From the NCBI GenBank assembly GCA_040755455.1, contig JBFMAY010000011.1, forward strand, positions 24,330-88,329: a stretch of 64,000 nt of DNA. Reading direction: 5' to 3'. This document shows, in pieces, positions 1-9,535 of the stretch. Position 1 is the first letter of the stretch. Each line of letters begins with the position of its first letter. The notes under the pieces are model-generated. The model saw only the letters and a list, made by a program, of their open reading frames with translations. It did no database searches and was not told where the DNA came from. The stretch comes from Thermodesulfobacteriota bacterium (GTDB lineage: Bacteria; Desulfobacterota; Desulfobulbia; Desulfobulbales; SURF-16). A program made the position numbers and the translations under genes.

Positions 1-864
1 GCCCATGTTCTTGAAAAATAATTCTTTTTCGCCGCCCGAGTACGTGACTCTGACACTGCCATGGTTGATAAAAAAGAGCTCGTCGTTTTTCGCGCCCTGG
101 GCGGCAATGATTTCTTCAGGTTTGTACGTCCGCTCTCCCATCTCGTGATAGAGGGCGTTGAATTCTTCGGAGGAAAGCACCTGACGGAGATTTGCCCAGA
201 TTTCAACATGGTCCTTGCTGATGGCCCCCTTTTTTTCCTGCTCAATGATATCTCCCGTTTGGATGATCTCCATCAATGCCATGGGATCAATTTCATACAT
301 TCTCTCCCTCAGCCGTTCCGCGTTATGAAAGTCCTTTTTTTGGGCACACGCGACCACCAGTTCAAAAAGCTGTGTTTTGGCGGCTTCGGTGTTGCCTTGC
401 CCGGCCAGTTGAAAAATCTGCTCTTCCCTGAGGGTGAGTGAATCATTCTTCTGTGCGTCGCCGGAGGACTCAGCCGGTGGAATGACTGACTGCCGTGATT
501 TTGCCAGGCGCAAAACCTTATCAGCCTCCGCTCTGACTTGTTCGCTGAATTCCTGACTTCCACTCAGGGCCTGCAGGGCGGGGACAATTCGGTCAAGACG
601 GCCCCATTGTTCGGCCAAGCTTAGTTTTTCCGCAGTTGCGACCAGACAGGATGATGATGCGCCGCTTATGTTCTTGTCGACGCTGCGGGTGGCAAGGGCT
701 ATCTGTTCAAGGAGCTTGTCGGCTATCTGCTCTTTTTGATTGCTAATGAGGCGGCTGACGGTTTGCGCCACGGCGGCGGTAAGGGCAGGATTAAGCAGGA
801 CTTGGTGATCACCTTTCAGGAGGCGGTTCAGGGCTTCCTGCAGGCTGGATTGTTGTTGGGTCAA
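1..864 (-). CDS. Cyclic nucleotide-binding domain protein, partial (runs off left edge)
   Basis: Not in the ORF track. Hand translation from TTG at 864 (GAGGAG RBS at 871-876) stays open to base 1: ...EEFNALYHEMGERTYKPEEIIAAQGAKNDELFFINHGSVRVTY..., a typical CAP/cNMP domain start. Confidence 0.75.
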   Translation of the reverse strand, partial: MTQQQSSLQEALNRLLKGDHQVLLNPALTAAVAQTVSRLISNQKEQIADKLLEQIALATRSVDKNISGASSSCLVATAEKLSLAEQWGRLDRIVPALQALSGSQEFSEQVRAEADKVLRLAKSRQSVIPPAESSGDAQKNDSLTLREEQIFQLAGQGNTEAAKTQLFELVVACAQKKDFHNAERLRERMYEIDPMALMEIIQTGDIIEQEKKGAISKDHVEIWANLRQVLSSEEFNALYHEMGERTYKPEEIIAAQGAKNDELFFINHGSVRVTYSGGEKELFFKNMG

Positions 865-1008
865 GTGGTACTCCTCAAAAAGGACAGGGCGCCATATTCA
901 GTGATCATCACGCTCGTATCGCGAGCTGTCCGGTGCGGCGGCTGACAACTCGACATCCAGACATCAGATGCCTGATCCGGGCGGTCCAGAATTCCCTGTT
1001 TTCCCGGA

Positions 1009-1608
1009 TTATATAACGGCCACTGCTATTTTGGTAATATTAAGTGAACGGCATGCCAACTTTCCGGCATTCTTTGCTGAAGTGGTCGTGGCATCGTGGG
1101 GGGGAGGGGCCTTTGGTATACAATATGATTGGGAGCAGGTATTTATTTCAATCCTCCTGAGCATTGCCAGTAGTTCAGGAGCCGTGATTTCTGCAATAGG
1201 TCGATTGCCGACGATTGGAAAGACATCATTTTCAAGCTGCGTTAATATCTTCTCTCCGGTCTTTTCATCCCATTGTGTAGAAAACCTTTGATGCCATTCC
1301 AGGGCAACCTCTTCAAAAGTCTCCTTTTTGGTCTCTGTTGTTGATTTTCCAGGGTCAATTCCCTGAGCAAGTTGCGTCCGCGCTTCATCTCTCTTTTGCC
1401 TGGCTGCTAAAAGTGAAATCTCAGGATATGCGCCAAATGACAGTTTCTTTTCTTTGCCATCAAAGCGATATTTCAGCCGCCATAGTTTCCCCCCGGCCGA
1501 GGTGACAAGCAGGAATAAACCTCCTCCGTCAAAGAGCTTGATTTCCTTCTGCTGAGGCTTGGAATTTCGTATCTGAGTATCAGTTAGGGGCACTGTCCGC
1601 TTAGGCAT
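1009..1608 (-). pseudogene. Truncated P4-like tyrosine integrase (arm-binding and partial core-binding domains, no catalytic domain)
   Basis: MPKRTVPLTDTQIRNSKP...KLFDGGGLFLLVTSAGGKLWRLKYRFDGKEKKLSFGAYPEISL; similarity stops after MLRRIE (~1150). Lies next to the tRNA 3' end. Confidence 0.85.
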
Positions 1609-1720
1609 TGGGGGCTTCTCCGTTTTGGGGGCCTCCACTTTTCAGGACTTAAAAAGCCCCCACAAAGGCCCCTAAACTTGCTGGCTTATAGCATATCAAA
1701 ACGGATTTTAACGGACAAGA

Positions 1721-1753
1721 GAAAAAGAAAAAGCCTTGATTTCTCAAGGCTTT
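1721..1753 (-). terminator. Intrinsic terminator-like hairpin downstream of tRNA-Leu
   Basis: AAAGCCTTGA-TTTC-TCAAGGCTTT, followed by a U-rich tract on the minus strand. Confidence 0.6.
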
Positions 1754-1786
1754 CGATACTTCTCCGAATTTTGTCGGAATATAGGA

Positions 1787-1873
1787 TGGTGCCGGAGGTC
1801 GGGATCGAACCGACATGACCTTGCGGTCGCGGGATTTTGAGTCCCGTGCGTCTACCAGTTTCACCACTCCGGC
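1787..1873 (-). tRNA. tRNA-Leu(CAA)
   Basis: Reverse complement GCCGGAGTGGTGAAACTGGTAGACGCACGGGACTCAAAATCCCGCGACCGCAAGGTCATGTCGGTTCGATCCCGACCTCCGGCACCA: anticodon CAA, long variable arm, encoded CCA. Confidence 0.97.
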
Positions 1874-2106
1874 TTTTTTTATTTTTGCGGGCGCTGCAGT
1901 CTGAACCTGCAACTCTTATTGATGAGCAAGATGCGACTCGGTAATGCCTTTAGATATACTACTTCCTGTTAATTTTCAAGTATTTTTGCCAGGGGAACAG
2001 GTACGAAAAACCGTGGACGGAAAAATCCCTCTCTCACCGCCCCAGACGGTGAACAAATAAAGAAAAACATGGCAGGCAGCAAACTTCTGCCGGTAATGCG
2101 GCTACA

Positions 2107-2598
2107 TCATCTTTGGCAGATGCCCCGGAAAATTTGGCGCAGCACCGGATCACTCAATTTAGTGGACAGCTGCTCCTCATACTCATCAACTGTCTCCGCC
2201 TCAGGAGCAGCAGACAACTGGTCGGACGGCGCCTCCCGGTTCTCCGCGACAAAGATGAAACTCTCTGGCTCCACCTGCAGCTTGCTGCCCCGCTTCTTGT
2301 TGAGCCAGCGGTCGCACTCGTCATGGCTGCCCACGTAGAGGAGGAACAGCTCGCTGTCCCGTTTCAGACTGATCAGCCGGTAGCCGCTGCCCAGGTCGTA
2401 TTTCAGACATTTTCTGACCCGCAGCTCCCCGCGTTTGGTGCGTTTGTTCTTCATCGCCAGGCACTGCCAGCCATGCTCGGACAGATGTCTGATAATCTCG
2501 CCGGCCCGTTCCGCCGCCAGCGCCCCTTTCTTGTCTGTCTTGCTTAACGCCCGCAGCTGTTTCTCAAAAAGAGGTGTTCTGTAAAGTGTCAATTCCAT
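2107..2598 (-). CDS. Hypothetical protein, possible RelE/ParE-like fold
   Basis: ATG 2598 with GAGGAG RBS; YRTPLFEKQLRAL...KYDLGSGYRLI...LLYVGSHDE. Confidence 0.55.
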   Translation of the reverse strand: MELTLYRTPLFEKQLRALSKTDKKGALAAERAGEIIRHLSEHGWQCLAMKNKRTKRGELRVRKCLKYDLGSGYRLISLKRDSELFLLYVGSHDECDRWLNKKRGSKLQVEPESFIFVAENREAPSDQLSAAPEAETVDEYEEQLSTKLSDPVLRQIFRGICQR

Positions 2599-2654
2599 GG
2601 CTCCTCGCTTCCCGCAGGGCGGTTCACGAACCGCCCCCGGGTATAGGGCAACCA

Positions 2655-3188
2655 TTATTCTCCGCTTGCCGTCGGATATCCGGCCCCTTTCCAGGCAAAA
2701 ATGCCGCCGGGATGCCGCAGCACATTTTTGTAGCCGAGTTTTTTGGCCCACACGGTGCCGTTGTGGCTGCGGGTGCACTTGACAAAGCCGCAGTAGATAA
2801 TGATTGTTTTGTCCTTATCCGGGCCGAGCAGCGCCGCATAATCCTCCATGGTTTTGCCAGCTGTCTCCTTGGTGTCCCATTCCGCCATATCCGGGATGGG
2901 GAAGAGAAACTGTTTGGCGCCCGGCACATGTTCCTTTTTATAACTGTCTTCATAGGGCATGGTATCAACAATGATCATGTCTTTGCCCGAATCGATCATT
3001 TTCTTTAGTTCTTCCGTGGAGATGACATCATAACCGCCGCGCTGTACTTCCCGGACCAGCTTGATTGCCCCGGTTTCAATCTCCACTTCCTGCTCGAACT
3101 TGTTCGCGCCAAAGGCAAAGGCATCCGCTGCAAAGGTCACCAACATTGCCATCAGCGCCAGCGAAAAACAGATTTTGCTCTTTCTCAT
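2655..3188 (-). CDS. Exported rhodanese-domain protein
   Basis: Signal peptide; IIVDTMP..SY.KEHVPGA, IIIYCGFVKCTRSH, GGIFAWKGAGYP. Confidence 0.85.
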   Translation of the reverse strand: MRKSKICFSLALMAMLVTFAADAFAFGANKFEQEVEIETGAIKLVREVQRGGYDVISTEELKKMIDSGKDMIIVDTMPYEDSYKKEHVPGAKQFLFPIPDMAEWDTKETAGKTMEDYAALLGPDKDKTIIIYCGFVKCTRSHNGTVWAKKLGYKNVLRHPGGIFAWKGAGYPTASGE

Positions 3189-3205
3189 TGTTACTCCCCA
3201 TTCTC

Positions 3206-3691
3206 TCAAGTTTTTCTGATAAACAGCCCCTGGCGGGACTGCTCCGTCAACTGCGTGCAACGCCACCAATAGAGATAGACCGCGCCGGCCATCATGCCAA
3301 TATCCCTCAGCAGTGAGTTGTGCAGACTGCCATAGGCCTGCGATTCAGGGTCTTCCGGGCCGAAACAGCCGCAGTCAATGTCCAGCCCGAGGCGGATGCC
3401 GTAAGACAGAACTGCGATAAACAGCAGAAGCAGGGCAACGACCGCAGCCAGGGCGCCCCGCATGTCCAGCAGCAGGCCCAGGGCGGCGAACAGCTCGAAA
3501 GCAGGCAGCAGGACCGCCACCGGCCCGACCCAGGCTTCAGGCAGCAGGCCGAAGTCGTCAATGACCGCCCCAAAACCCTGCAGATTGCCCAGTTTCACGA
3601 TGCCGGCATAGAGGAAGAGCACGCCCAGCAGACTGCGGATCAACAGATAGGCCCGGGAAGAAATGAACAATCGCGGCAGAAGGCTGGTCAT
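3206..3691 (-). CDS. MauE/DoxX family membrane protein
   Basis: Four hydrophobic segments, FLYAGIVKL and GLDIDCGCFG motif. Confidence 0.85.
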   Translation of the reverse strand: MTSLLPRLFISSRAYLLIRSLLGVLFLYAGIVKLGNLQGFGAVIDDFGLLPEAWVGPVAVLLPAFELFAALGLLLDMRGALAAVVALLLLFIAVLSYGIRLGLDIDCGCFGPEDPESQAYGSLHNSLLRDIGMMAGAVYLYWWRCTQLTEQSRQGLFIRKT

Positions 3692-4437
3692 GCCAGACCT
3701 GCCTGGATGGCCGCCCCCAGGGCGCCGACGATATCCGGCAGCTCAGGAGACAGCACGCTGACCCCTTCCAGCCGGGCCTGCAGCATCTTCACCATGCAGG
3801 GGTTGCGGGCCACCCCGCCGGAAAAGACCAGGCAGTCGCCGTAGCCCACCCGGTTCAGCATGCCGATCAGCCGGTTCACCACGGAGAGATGCACCCCCAT
3901 GGCAATGTCCCTGGGCGGTATGCCGCGGTTCTTCATGGAGATCACCTCGGACTCGGCAAACACCGTGCACATGGAGTTGATGGCCACCTCCTGTCCGGAC
4001 TCCAGGGCCACCGGGCCGAACTCGTCCAAGGTGTAGCCCAGGGTGGCGGCCATGATCTCCAGAAAGCGGCCGGTTCCCGCGGCGCACCTGTCATTCATCT
4101 GAAAATTGCTGACCCGGCCCTGTTCGTCAAGCGCGATCACCTTGGAATCCTGGCCGCCGATATCGACAATGGTGCGGCACTCCGGGAAATAATACCTGGC
4201 TCCCAGGGCATGGGCCTTGATCTCGGTGATCACCTCATGGGCAAAATGCTTCCGGGCCAGGTGGCGGCCATAACCGGTTGCCACCACCCGGACCGGCGCC
4301 AAACCGGCCAGCATCTCCAGGGACTGCCGGTGCGGGTCAAAACCGCTCTCCCTGATCTGATGATTGATCAGCCGGCCATCCTGCAGGGCGGCGATCTTCA
4401 CGGTACGCGAGCCCAGATCAACGCCGACAAACATCAT
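3688..4437 (-). CDS. ATP-dependent activator of the HgdC/BadF-BadG (ASKHA) family; DCCP reductase
   Basis: GVDLGSRTVK, TGYGR, DIGGQDSK, MNDRCAAGTGRFLE, CTVFAESE. Confidence 0.9.
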   Translation of the reverse strand: MMFVGVDLGSRTVKIAALQDGRLINHQIRESGFDPHRQSLEMLAGLAPVRVVATGYGRHLARKHFAHEVITEIKAHALGARYYFPECRTIVDIGGQDSKVIALDEQGRVSNFQMNDRCAAGTGRFLEIMAATLGYTLDEFGPVALESGQEVAINSMCTVFAESEVISMKNRGIPPRDIAMGVHLSVVNRLIGMLNRVGYGDCLVFSGGVARNPCMVKMLQARLEGVSVLSPELPDIVGALGAAIQAGLA

Positions 4438-5726
4438 TATCCCCTTATCTGCTCCAGAAAGGCCTCGATTCTGGTCTGCAGCTGTCCCACATCCTCGGGG
4501 GAATAATCGGATTCAATGGCGAGATAAGGGATGCCCTCCTGCTGGCAGGCCTCTTTGATCCTGATCTCCTCCACGTTATAGGTATGACAGAACTGCAGGG
4601 AATAATGGATAATACCCTGGGCCATGCTTTCCTGGTACTCCCTGATCACCTGCTCGATGCGCTCATTGTTGGGAGTGAAGCAGGAGCAGTCGATCTGCAT
4701 GTAGCGGTCGGTCAGCACATCGAGCTGACCATCCACATCCCTGCTGCTTTCGTCAATGAGATCCTTGAAATAGCGGGTGCCGATACAACTCTCCTCACCC
4801 ACGATAACAGCCCCGGCGGTTTCCACCAGGTTATGCAGCTTCCAGTTGGGCAGGGCCATGGGCACCCCGGCCACCATCACCCGCGGCGCATCCGCCGGCA
4901 TGACCCCTTCACCCTTCCTGACCTTCGCGTCCAGCTCGTCGCACAGCGCATTTACTTGCCCGGCAAAACGCACCGGCTCATCATAAAAGGCGATCTGCTC
5001 GATGAGCAGGGCATCCTTGCCGCTGATGGGGGCCGGGTTGCCTGCCCGCAGGCGGGTCAGCCGCTGCAGGGCCCGTCGTTTGTTATTAATGACCTTAATG
5101 GCGGAAGCCAGGTCATCGGCGGAGATCTTTTTGCCGGACACCACCTCAACCTTGCGCTTGAACTCCTGCACCTCATCCAGCCACAAGGCCTTGTCCCGCC
5201 TGTTTTTCATCTGCGGGATCTCCATGACATAGGTGGGAACGAGCCGGTCCAGGATTTCCCAGGTCTTTTTCTTGGCATCACAGGTGGTTTCGCCATAAAC
5301 GAAATCAACCGCCTGAAAATAGGGGCAGATTTTACCGGCCTTGAACCCATAGGCTGATTTGACCATGGGGCAGATATTGCGCGGCAGAATCTTTTCCGCA
5401 TCCGGAATGGAGCCCTGGGAGCCGCCGCACAATCCCACGCAGATGCCGCCCGCGGCCACCACCACCTCCTCCGGGATATAGACGCAGAAAGTGCCGACCA
5501 CCGGCCGGCCCTCTTTTTTGGCGGCCATGAGTTCCTGCACCCGGCCGCCATGGATCTCCGCCACCATGTTGTCAAAATAAGCCATGCCGGCGGGCCGGTT
5601 CTGCTGGGACAGGTAGATGGATGCATAGGCGTTGCCCAGCATCTGGCGCGCCTTGTCAAATCTAGGCACGTCCATGCCCAGCTCCTGCCACAGTTCGGGG
5701 TATGCCTTCACCTCAAAATCCGCCAT
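4437..5726 (-). CDS. Double-cubane [8Fe-9S] cluster protein (2-hydroxyacyl-CoA dehydratase family)
   Basis: Single 429 aa subunit with the N-terminal LSQQNRPAGMAYFD..EIHGGRVQEL segment and Cys motifs FCVY, NICP, ETTCD, ESCIG, DCSCF, QFCH. Confidence 0.85.
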   Translation of the reverse strand: MADFEVKAYPELWQELGMDVPRFDKARQMLGNAYASIYLSQQNRPAGMAYFDNMVAEIHGGRVQELMAAKKEGRPVVGTFCVYIPEEVVVAAGGICVGLCGGSQGSIPDAEKILPRNICPMVKSAYGFKAGKICPYFQAVDFVYGETTCDAKKKTWEILDRLVPTYVMEIPQMKNRRDKALWLDEVQEFKRKVEVVSGKKISADDLASAIKVINNKRRALQRLTRLRAGNPAPISGKDALLIEQIAFYDEPVRFAGQVNALCDELDAKVRKGEGVMPADAPRVMVAGVPMALPNWKLHNLVETAGAVIVGEESCIGTRYFKDLIDESSRDVDGQLDVLTDRYMQIDCSCFTPNNERIEQVIREYQESMAQGIIHYSLQFCHTYNVEEIRIKEACQQEGIPYLAIESDYSPEDVGQLQTRIEAFLEQIRG

Positions 5727-6007
5727 TTTTTCTTCCCTCCAGGCCTGCCGGCTTGTTGATGATCTCGTTTATTGCGGCTGCGTCAGCCTAATTTTTTTCA
5801 GTAATAAATATCGCTCTCAAGCACAGCCCTTAAAATATATAGATTTACCTATAAGTCAAATCGGAAATTTTAATTTCATCATGCGGAAACATAGGGAAAG
5901 CGGATGGCAAATAATTTTGCCGCGGTGGAAAGAAAATAATGGGCAGCGGAAAAAATCGGTGAGGCAGCAGGACGCAAGTCCGGCTGCGGGGGTTGAAACA
6001 CCAACGA

Positions 6008-6565
6008 TCAGGGATTGAGATAGACCTTCTGAAAGCGGTAGAAGTAGTCGATGCCGGACCAGATGGTCAGAAAGAGGGCAACGTAAAGAATCCCAAGGCC
6101 GATCTGGTGCAGGTAGGGAATGGGCAGGACGCCCAGGGGGAACATGAGGGTGCCCAGGGCGGTGAGCTGGACCACGCTTTTCCATTTTCCCAAGCGGCTG
6201 GCGGCAATGATCAAGCCGGATGAGGCGGCAACCCCGCGCAGACCGGTTACCACCAGTTCCCGGGAGAGAATGAGAAAGGCCACCCAGGCAGGCATCCGGT
6301 CAAGCGGGATCAGCATGACCAGGACCGCGGCAACCAGCACCTTGTCGGCCAGCGGGTCCATCAGCTTGCCCAGCACCGACTCCACCTTGTACTTTCTGGC
6401 GATATAGCCGTCAGCCAGATCAGTCAGCGCGGCGGACAGATACAGGGCAAACCCCAGCAGGCTGACCCAGGTTTCAGCGCCGGGGTAAAGACAGAAGAGC
6501 AGGAGCGGCGCGGCAACAAACCGGTAACCCGTCAGAATATTAGGAACATGGGTGAACGGACTCAA
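6008..6565 (-). CDS. pgsA: CDP-diacylglycerol--glycerol-3-phosphate 3-phosphatidyltransferase
   Basis: PNILT..R; DLADGYIAR...GKLMDPLADK motif. Confidence 0.93.
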   Translation of the reverse strand: MSPFTHVPNILTGYRFVAAPLLLFCLYPGAETWVSLLGFALYLSAALTDLADGYIARKYKVESVLGKLMDPLADKVLVAAVLVMLIPLDRMPAWVAFLILSRELVVTGLRGVAASSGLIIAASRLGKWKSVVQLTALGTLMFPLGVLPIPYLHQIGLGILYVALFLTIWSGIDYFYRFQKVYLNP

Positions 6566-6589
6566 TGGGTCAACCCCTTTTGCGGCGCC

Positions 6590-7201
6590 TCATCCTCCCT
6601 GGTGAGAGGATGAGACGGCCTGATAACGCCGGTAATGACGGAGAACTCTTTCGACATATTCAACGGTTTCCGGGATGTCGGGAATGCGGCCGATGCTTTT
6701 CACCACTTCAGGGCCGGCATTATAGGCCGCCAGGGCAAGATGCAGATCATCATCAAAAATATTGAGCATTTTCCTCAGATAACGGGTGCCGCCGTTGATA
6801 TTCTCCCGGGGATCAAAAGGGTCCGCTACCCGCATGTCCCGGGCCGTGCCGGGCATGAGCTGCATCAGTCCCTGGGCGCCCTTGCAGGAAAGGGCCAGAT
6901 GGTCGAAATTCGACTCGGCCTTAATCACCGCCTGAATGAGCAGCGGATCAACCTGATAGCGGCTGCCCACTGATCTGATATAATGCTCATACTCCCGCAG
7001 GTTGATATGCCTTGGCGAAGGGGCGCGAATCTGGCTGCTCTCCGGCATATCCACCTTCACGTAGCGGCGGTCGTTGGGCACATTGGAAAAATGTATCACC
7101 CCGTTTTCATCCACAAACGTATACATGGTGGCAAAGGAAAACGCCGGGAAAAACGCGCCGCACAGCACTATGATAATCCATGATCGTAACAGAGTTGCCA
7201 T
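6590..7201 (-). CDS. Lytic transglycosylase (SLT domain) with N-terminal DUF4124-like domain
   Basis: AVIKAESNF, GAQGLMQLMPGTA, ALAAYNAG. Confidence 0.92.
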   Translation of the reverse strand: MATLLRSWIIIVLCGAFFPAFSFATMYTFVDENGVIHFSNVPNDRRYVKVDMPESSQIRAPSPRHINLREYEHYIRSVGSRYQVDPLLIQAVIKAESNFDHLALSCKGAQGLMQLMPGTARDMRVADPFDPRENINGGTRYLRKMLNIFDDDLHLALAAYNAGPEVVKSIGRIPDIPETVEYVERVLRHYRRYQAVSSSHQGG

Positions 7202-7237
7202 GGATTTATTATAGTGCTAAAAAAATCTCCCGTCAGC

Positions 7238-7882
7238 TTACTTTTTTCTTTTTTCCCAGTCTGCCAGAAATTTTTCCATGCCGATGTCCGTCAGGGGATG
7301 TTTGGCCAACTGGGCAATGACATTGTAAGGGATGGTGGCGATATCCGCCCCGATGAGCGCGGCGTCCAGCACATGCACCGGGTTGCGGATGCTGGCGACG
7401 ATCACCTCCGTCTGGTAGCCGTAGTTGTCATAAATGGTCATGATGTCGCTGACCAGATCCATGCCGGTCAGCAAGATATCATCCAGCCTGCCGACAAAGG
7501 GACTGACAAAGGTTGCCCCGGCCTTGGCGGCAAGCAGGGCCTGGGTGGCGGAAAAAACCAGGGTCACGTTGGTCTTGATCCCTTCGGCGGCGAATTGCTT
7601 GACCGCCTTAAGGCCTTCGGTGACCATCGGCACCTTGATAACGATGTTGGAATGCAGGGCGGCGAGCTGCCGGCCCTCAACCAGCATGCCAGCCGCATCG
7701 AGACTGACCACCTCGGCGCTGATCGGCCCATCGACCGCGGCGCAGATTTCTTTTAGTATCGTTTCAAAGGGCTTCTTTTCCTTGGCAATAAGGGAAGGAT
7801 TGGTGGTCACGCCATCGACCATGCCCATTTCCACGCCCTTCTTGATTTCTTCAATATTGGCTGTATCAATAAAAAACTTCAT
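7238..7882 (-). CDS. fsa: Fructose-6-phosphate aldolase / transaldolase
   Basis: [32 protein letters not shown]. Confidence 0.93.
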   Translation of the reverse strand: MKFFIDTANIEEIKKGVEMGMVDGVTTNPSLIAKEKKPFETILKEICAAVDGPISAEVVSLDAAGMLVEGRQLAALHSNIVIKVPMVTEGLKAVKQFAAEGIKTNVTLVFSATQALLAAKAGATFVSPFVGRLDDILLTGMDLVSDIMTIYDNYGYQTEVIVASIRNPVHVLDAALIGADIATIPYNVIAQLAKHPLTDIGMEKFLADWEKRKK

Positions 7883-8148
7883 TGTTGTTCTCCTTTACCC
7901 GCTAAAAAGGTTTGGCAGCACTTTTCACTGCAGAAATAGTAAATTTTACCGTCTTTCGCAGCCCGAATCGCCTGCTGCTGCGGCACATAGGTATGGCAGA
8001 CCGGATCTTCCACCAGCACGTCCTGGGCGGGGGAGGAAGCGGCGGAGGCAGGCTGCACTGGCGGCTTCTCCCTCTTTCTGCCGGCAAAAAGCAGCCGATA
8101 GAGAATATAACACAGTGCTGCCAGAATAATGATACGCAACGGGCTCAT
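7879..8148 (-). CDS. YHS/TRASH-domain small membrane protein
   Basis: N-terminal TM helix; [10 protein letters not shown]...YYFCSEKC. Confidence 0.8.
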   Translation of the reverse strand: MSPLRIIILAALCYILYRLLFAGRKREKPPVQPASAASSPAQDVLVEDPVCHTYVPQQQAIRAAKDGKIYYFCSEKCCQTFLAGKGEQQ

Positions 8149-8684
8149 GTTTTCTCCCAGGTGATCTGCTGCACCCCGCTTTGCCGGGCAAGATCTTTCA
8201 GCATCGCAAGCGATGTCATGTGCAGGATGGGATGGACGTGCAACGGCGCCACCGCCGCCAGCGGGGCAAGCACAAAAAGCCGGTTGGCAATGGCCGGATG
8301 GGGCAGGGTGAGAGAGGGGGTCTCGATCACCAGATCGTCATAATAGAGCAGATCAAGATCAACCGTCCGGTCCTTGCCCTTTTGCCGGTCGCGCCCCAGC
8401 TCGGCTTCAATATCCATCATTTTATCAAGAAGCGCCTGCGGCGCAAGCCGGGTTTCCAGCAGCCCTACGGCATTGGTGAACAGCTGGTCGCTCACCATGC
8501 CTACCGGTTCCGTCAGAAAGGGCGGAGAAAGGGCCACGGCCCGTCCAGCCTCTTCCTGCAGCCTTTGCCAGGCGGCAAGCAGATTGCTGCGCCCGTCTCC
8601 CAGGTTGGAACCGAGTCCGATAAAGGCATGCGCCACGGGGAGGGTGTCCGGCAACGGATAATCTGCAGCAGCGTAGGGCGGCAC
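8145..8684 (-). CDS. folK: 2-amino-4-hydroxy-6-hydroxymethyldihydropteridine diphosphokinase
   Basis: IGLGSNLG, RTVDLDLL, LTLPHP, RLFVLAPL. Confidence 0.93.
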   Translation of the reverse strand: MPPYAAADYPLPDTLPVAHAFIGLGSNLGDGRSNLLAAWQRLQEEAGRAVALSPPFLTEPVGMVSDQLFTNAVGLLETRLAPQALLDKMMDIEAELGRDRQKGKDRTVDLDLLYYDDLVIETPSLTLPHPAIANRLFVLAPLAAVAPLHVHPILHMTSLAMLKDLARQSGVQQITWEKT

Positions 8685-8689
8685 CGCTT

Positions 8690-9499
8690 TTAGAGATCGG
8701 CCAACCCCAGCACATCGAACATGCTGTACATGCCGTTGGCCCTGCCGGCGACCCAGGCGGCGGCAAGAGCCGCGCCCCTGGCAAAATTGTCACGGCTGTG
8801 GGCCCGGTGGATGAGCTCAATCCGCTCCCCTGGTCCGGCAAAATAGACGGTGTGCTCGCCGACAATATCGCCGCCGCGGATGGTCTGGATGCCTATTTCC
8901 TCCTTGGTCCGCTCCCCGATGATGCCGTTGCGCTCAAAAATACCGACTTTGCCCAGATCGCGGCCCACACCGAGAGCCGCCATCTCGCCTAGCTTTAAGG
9001 CCGTGCCGCTGGGCGCGTCTTTTTTCATGCGGTGGTGGGCCTCGACAATTTCAATGTCATAATCATTGCCGAGGATGGCAGCCACCTTCTGGGTGATTTT
9101 AAACAGGACATTCACCCCGACCGCCATATTGGGCGACTGGACAATGGGAATGTCTTTGGCCAGCTCTTTGAGTTCCGCCAGATTCTCCGGGCTCAGCCCC
9201 GTGGTGCCGATGACCATGGCCTTGTGGTGCCGGGCGGCGATCCTGGCAAAGCCCATGGTGGCGGCATGAAAGGTGAAATCAATGATCACGTCGCACGTAT
9301 CTACCACCGCCGACAAATCCGGCGCAATGACGGCACCCGCCGGACCATAGCCGCCCACCTCGCCGATATCCTTTCCCACCGCCGGGCTGCCCGCCTGCTC
9401 AAAACCGCCGACCAGCTGCAGCGCGGCATTCTGGGTCACCATGTAGCCAATCCGCTTTCCCATCCGACCGGCAGCACCGGCAACAATGACTTTTGTCAT
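8690..9499 (-). CDS. dapB: 4-hydroxy-tetrahydrodipicolinate reductase
   Basis: GAAGRMG, EAHHRMKKDAPSGTA, GDIVGEH. Confidence 0.96.
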   Translation of the reverse strand: MTKVIVAGAAGRMGKRIGYMVTQNAALQLVGGFEQAGSPAVGKDIGEVGGYGPAGAVIAPDLSAVVDTCDVIIDFTFHAATMGFARIAARHHKAMVIGTTGLSPENLAELKELAKDIPIVQSPNMAVGVNVLFKITQKVAAILGNDYDIEIVEAHHRMKKDAPSGTALKLGEMAALGVGRDLGKVGIFERNGIIGERTKEEIGIQTIRGGDIVGEHTVYFAGPGERIELIHRAHSRDNFARGAALAAAWVAGRANGMYSMFDVLGLADL

Positions 9500-9535
9500 A
9501 TCTCTTTCTCCAATTTGGCAAAAACAAAAAACCAA

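Noticed and set aside
1043..1060. Sigma-54-like TGGCATGCCGTTCAC on the minus strand
   Set aside because: Lacks the GC at -12.
1649..1912. 87 aa ORF
   Set aside because: It is a translation through tRNA-Leu.
5838..5853. TATAG-N6-CTATA palindrome upstream of the DCCP operon
   Set aside because: Short, AT-rich, does not fit T-N11-A, and no regulator gene is nearby.
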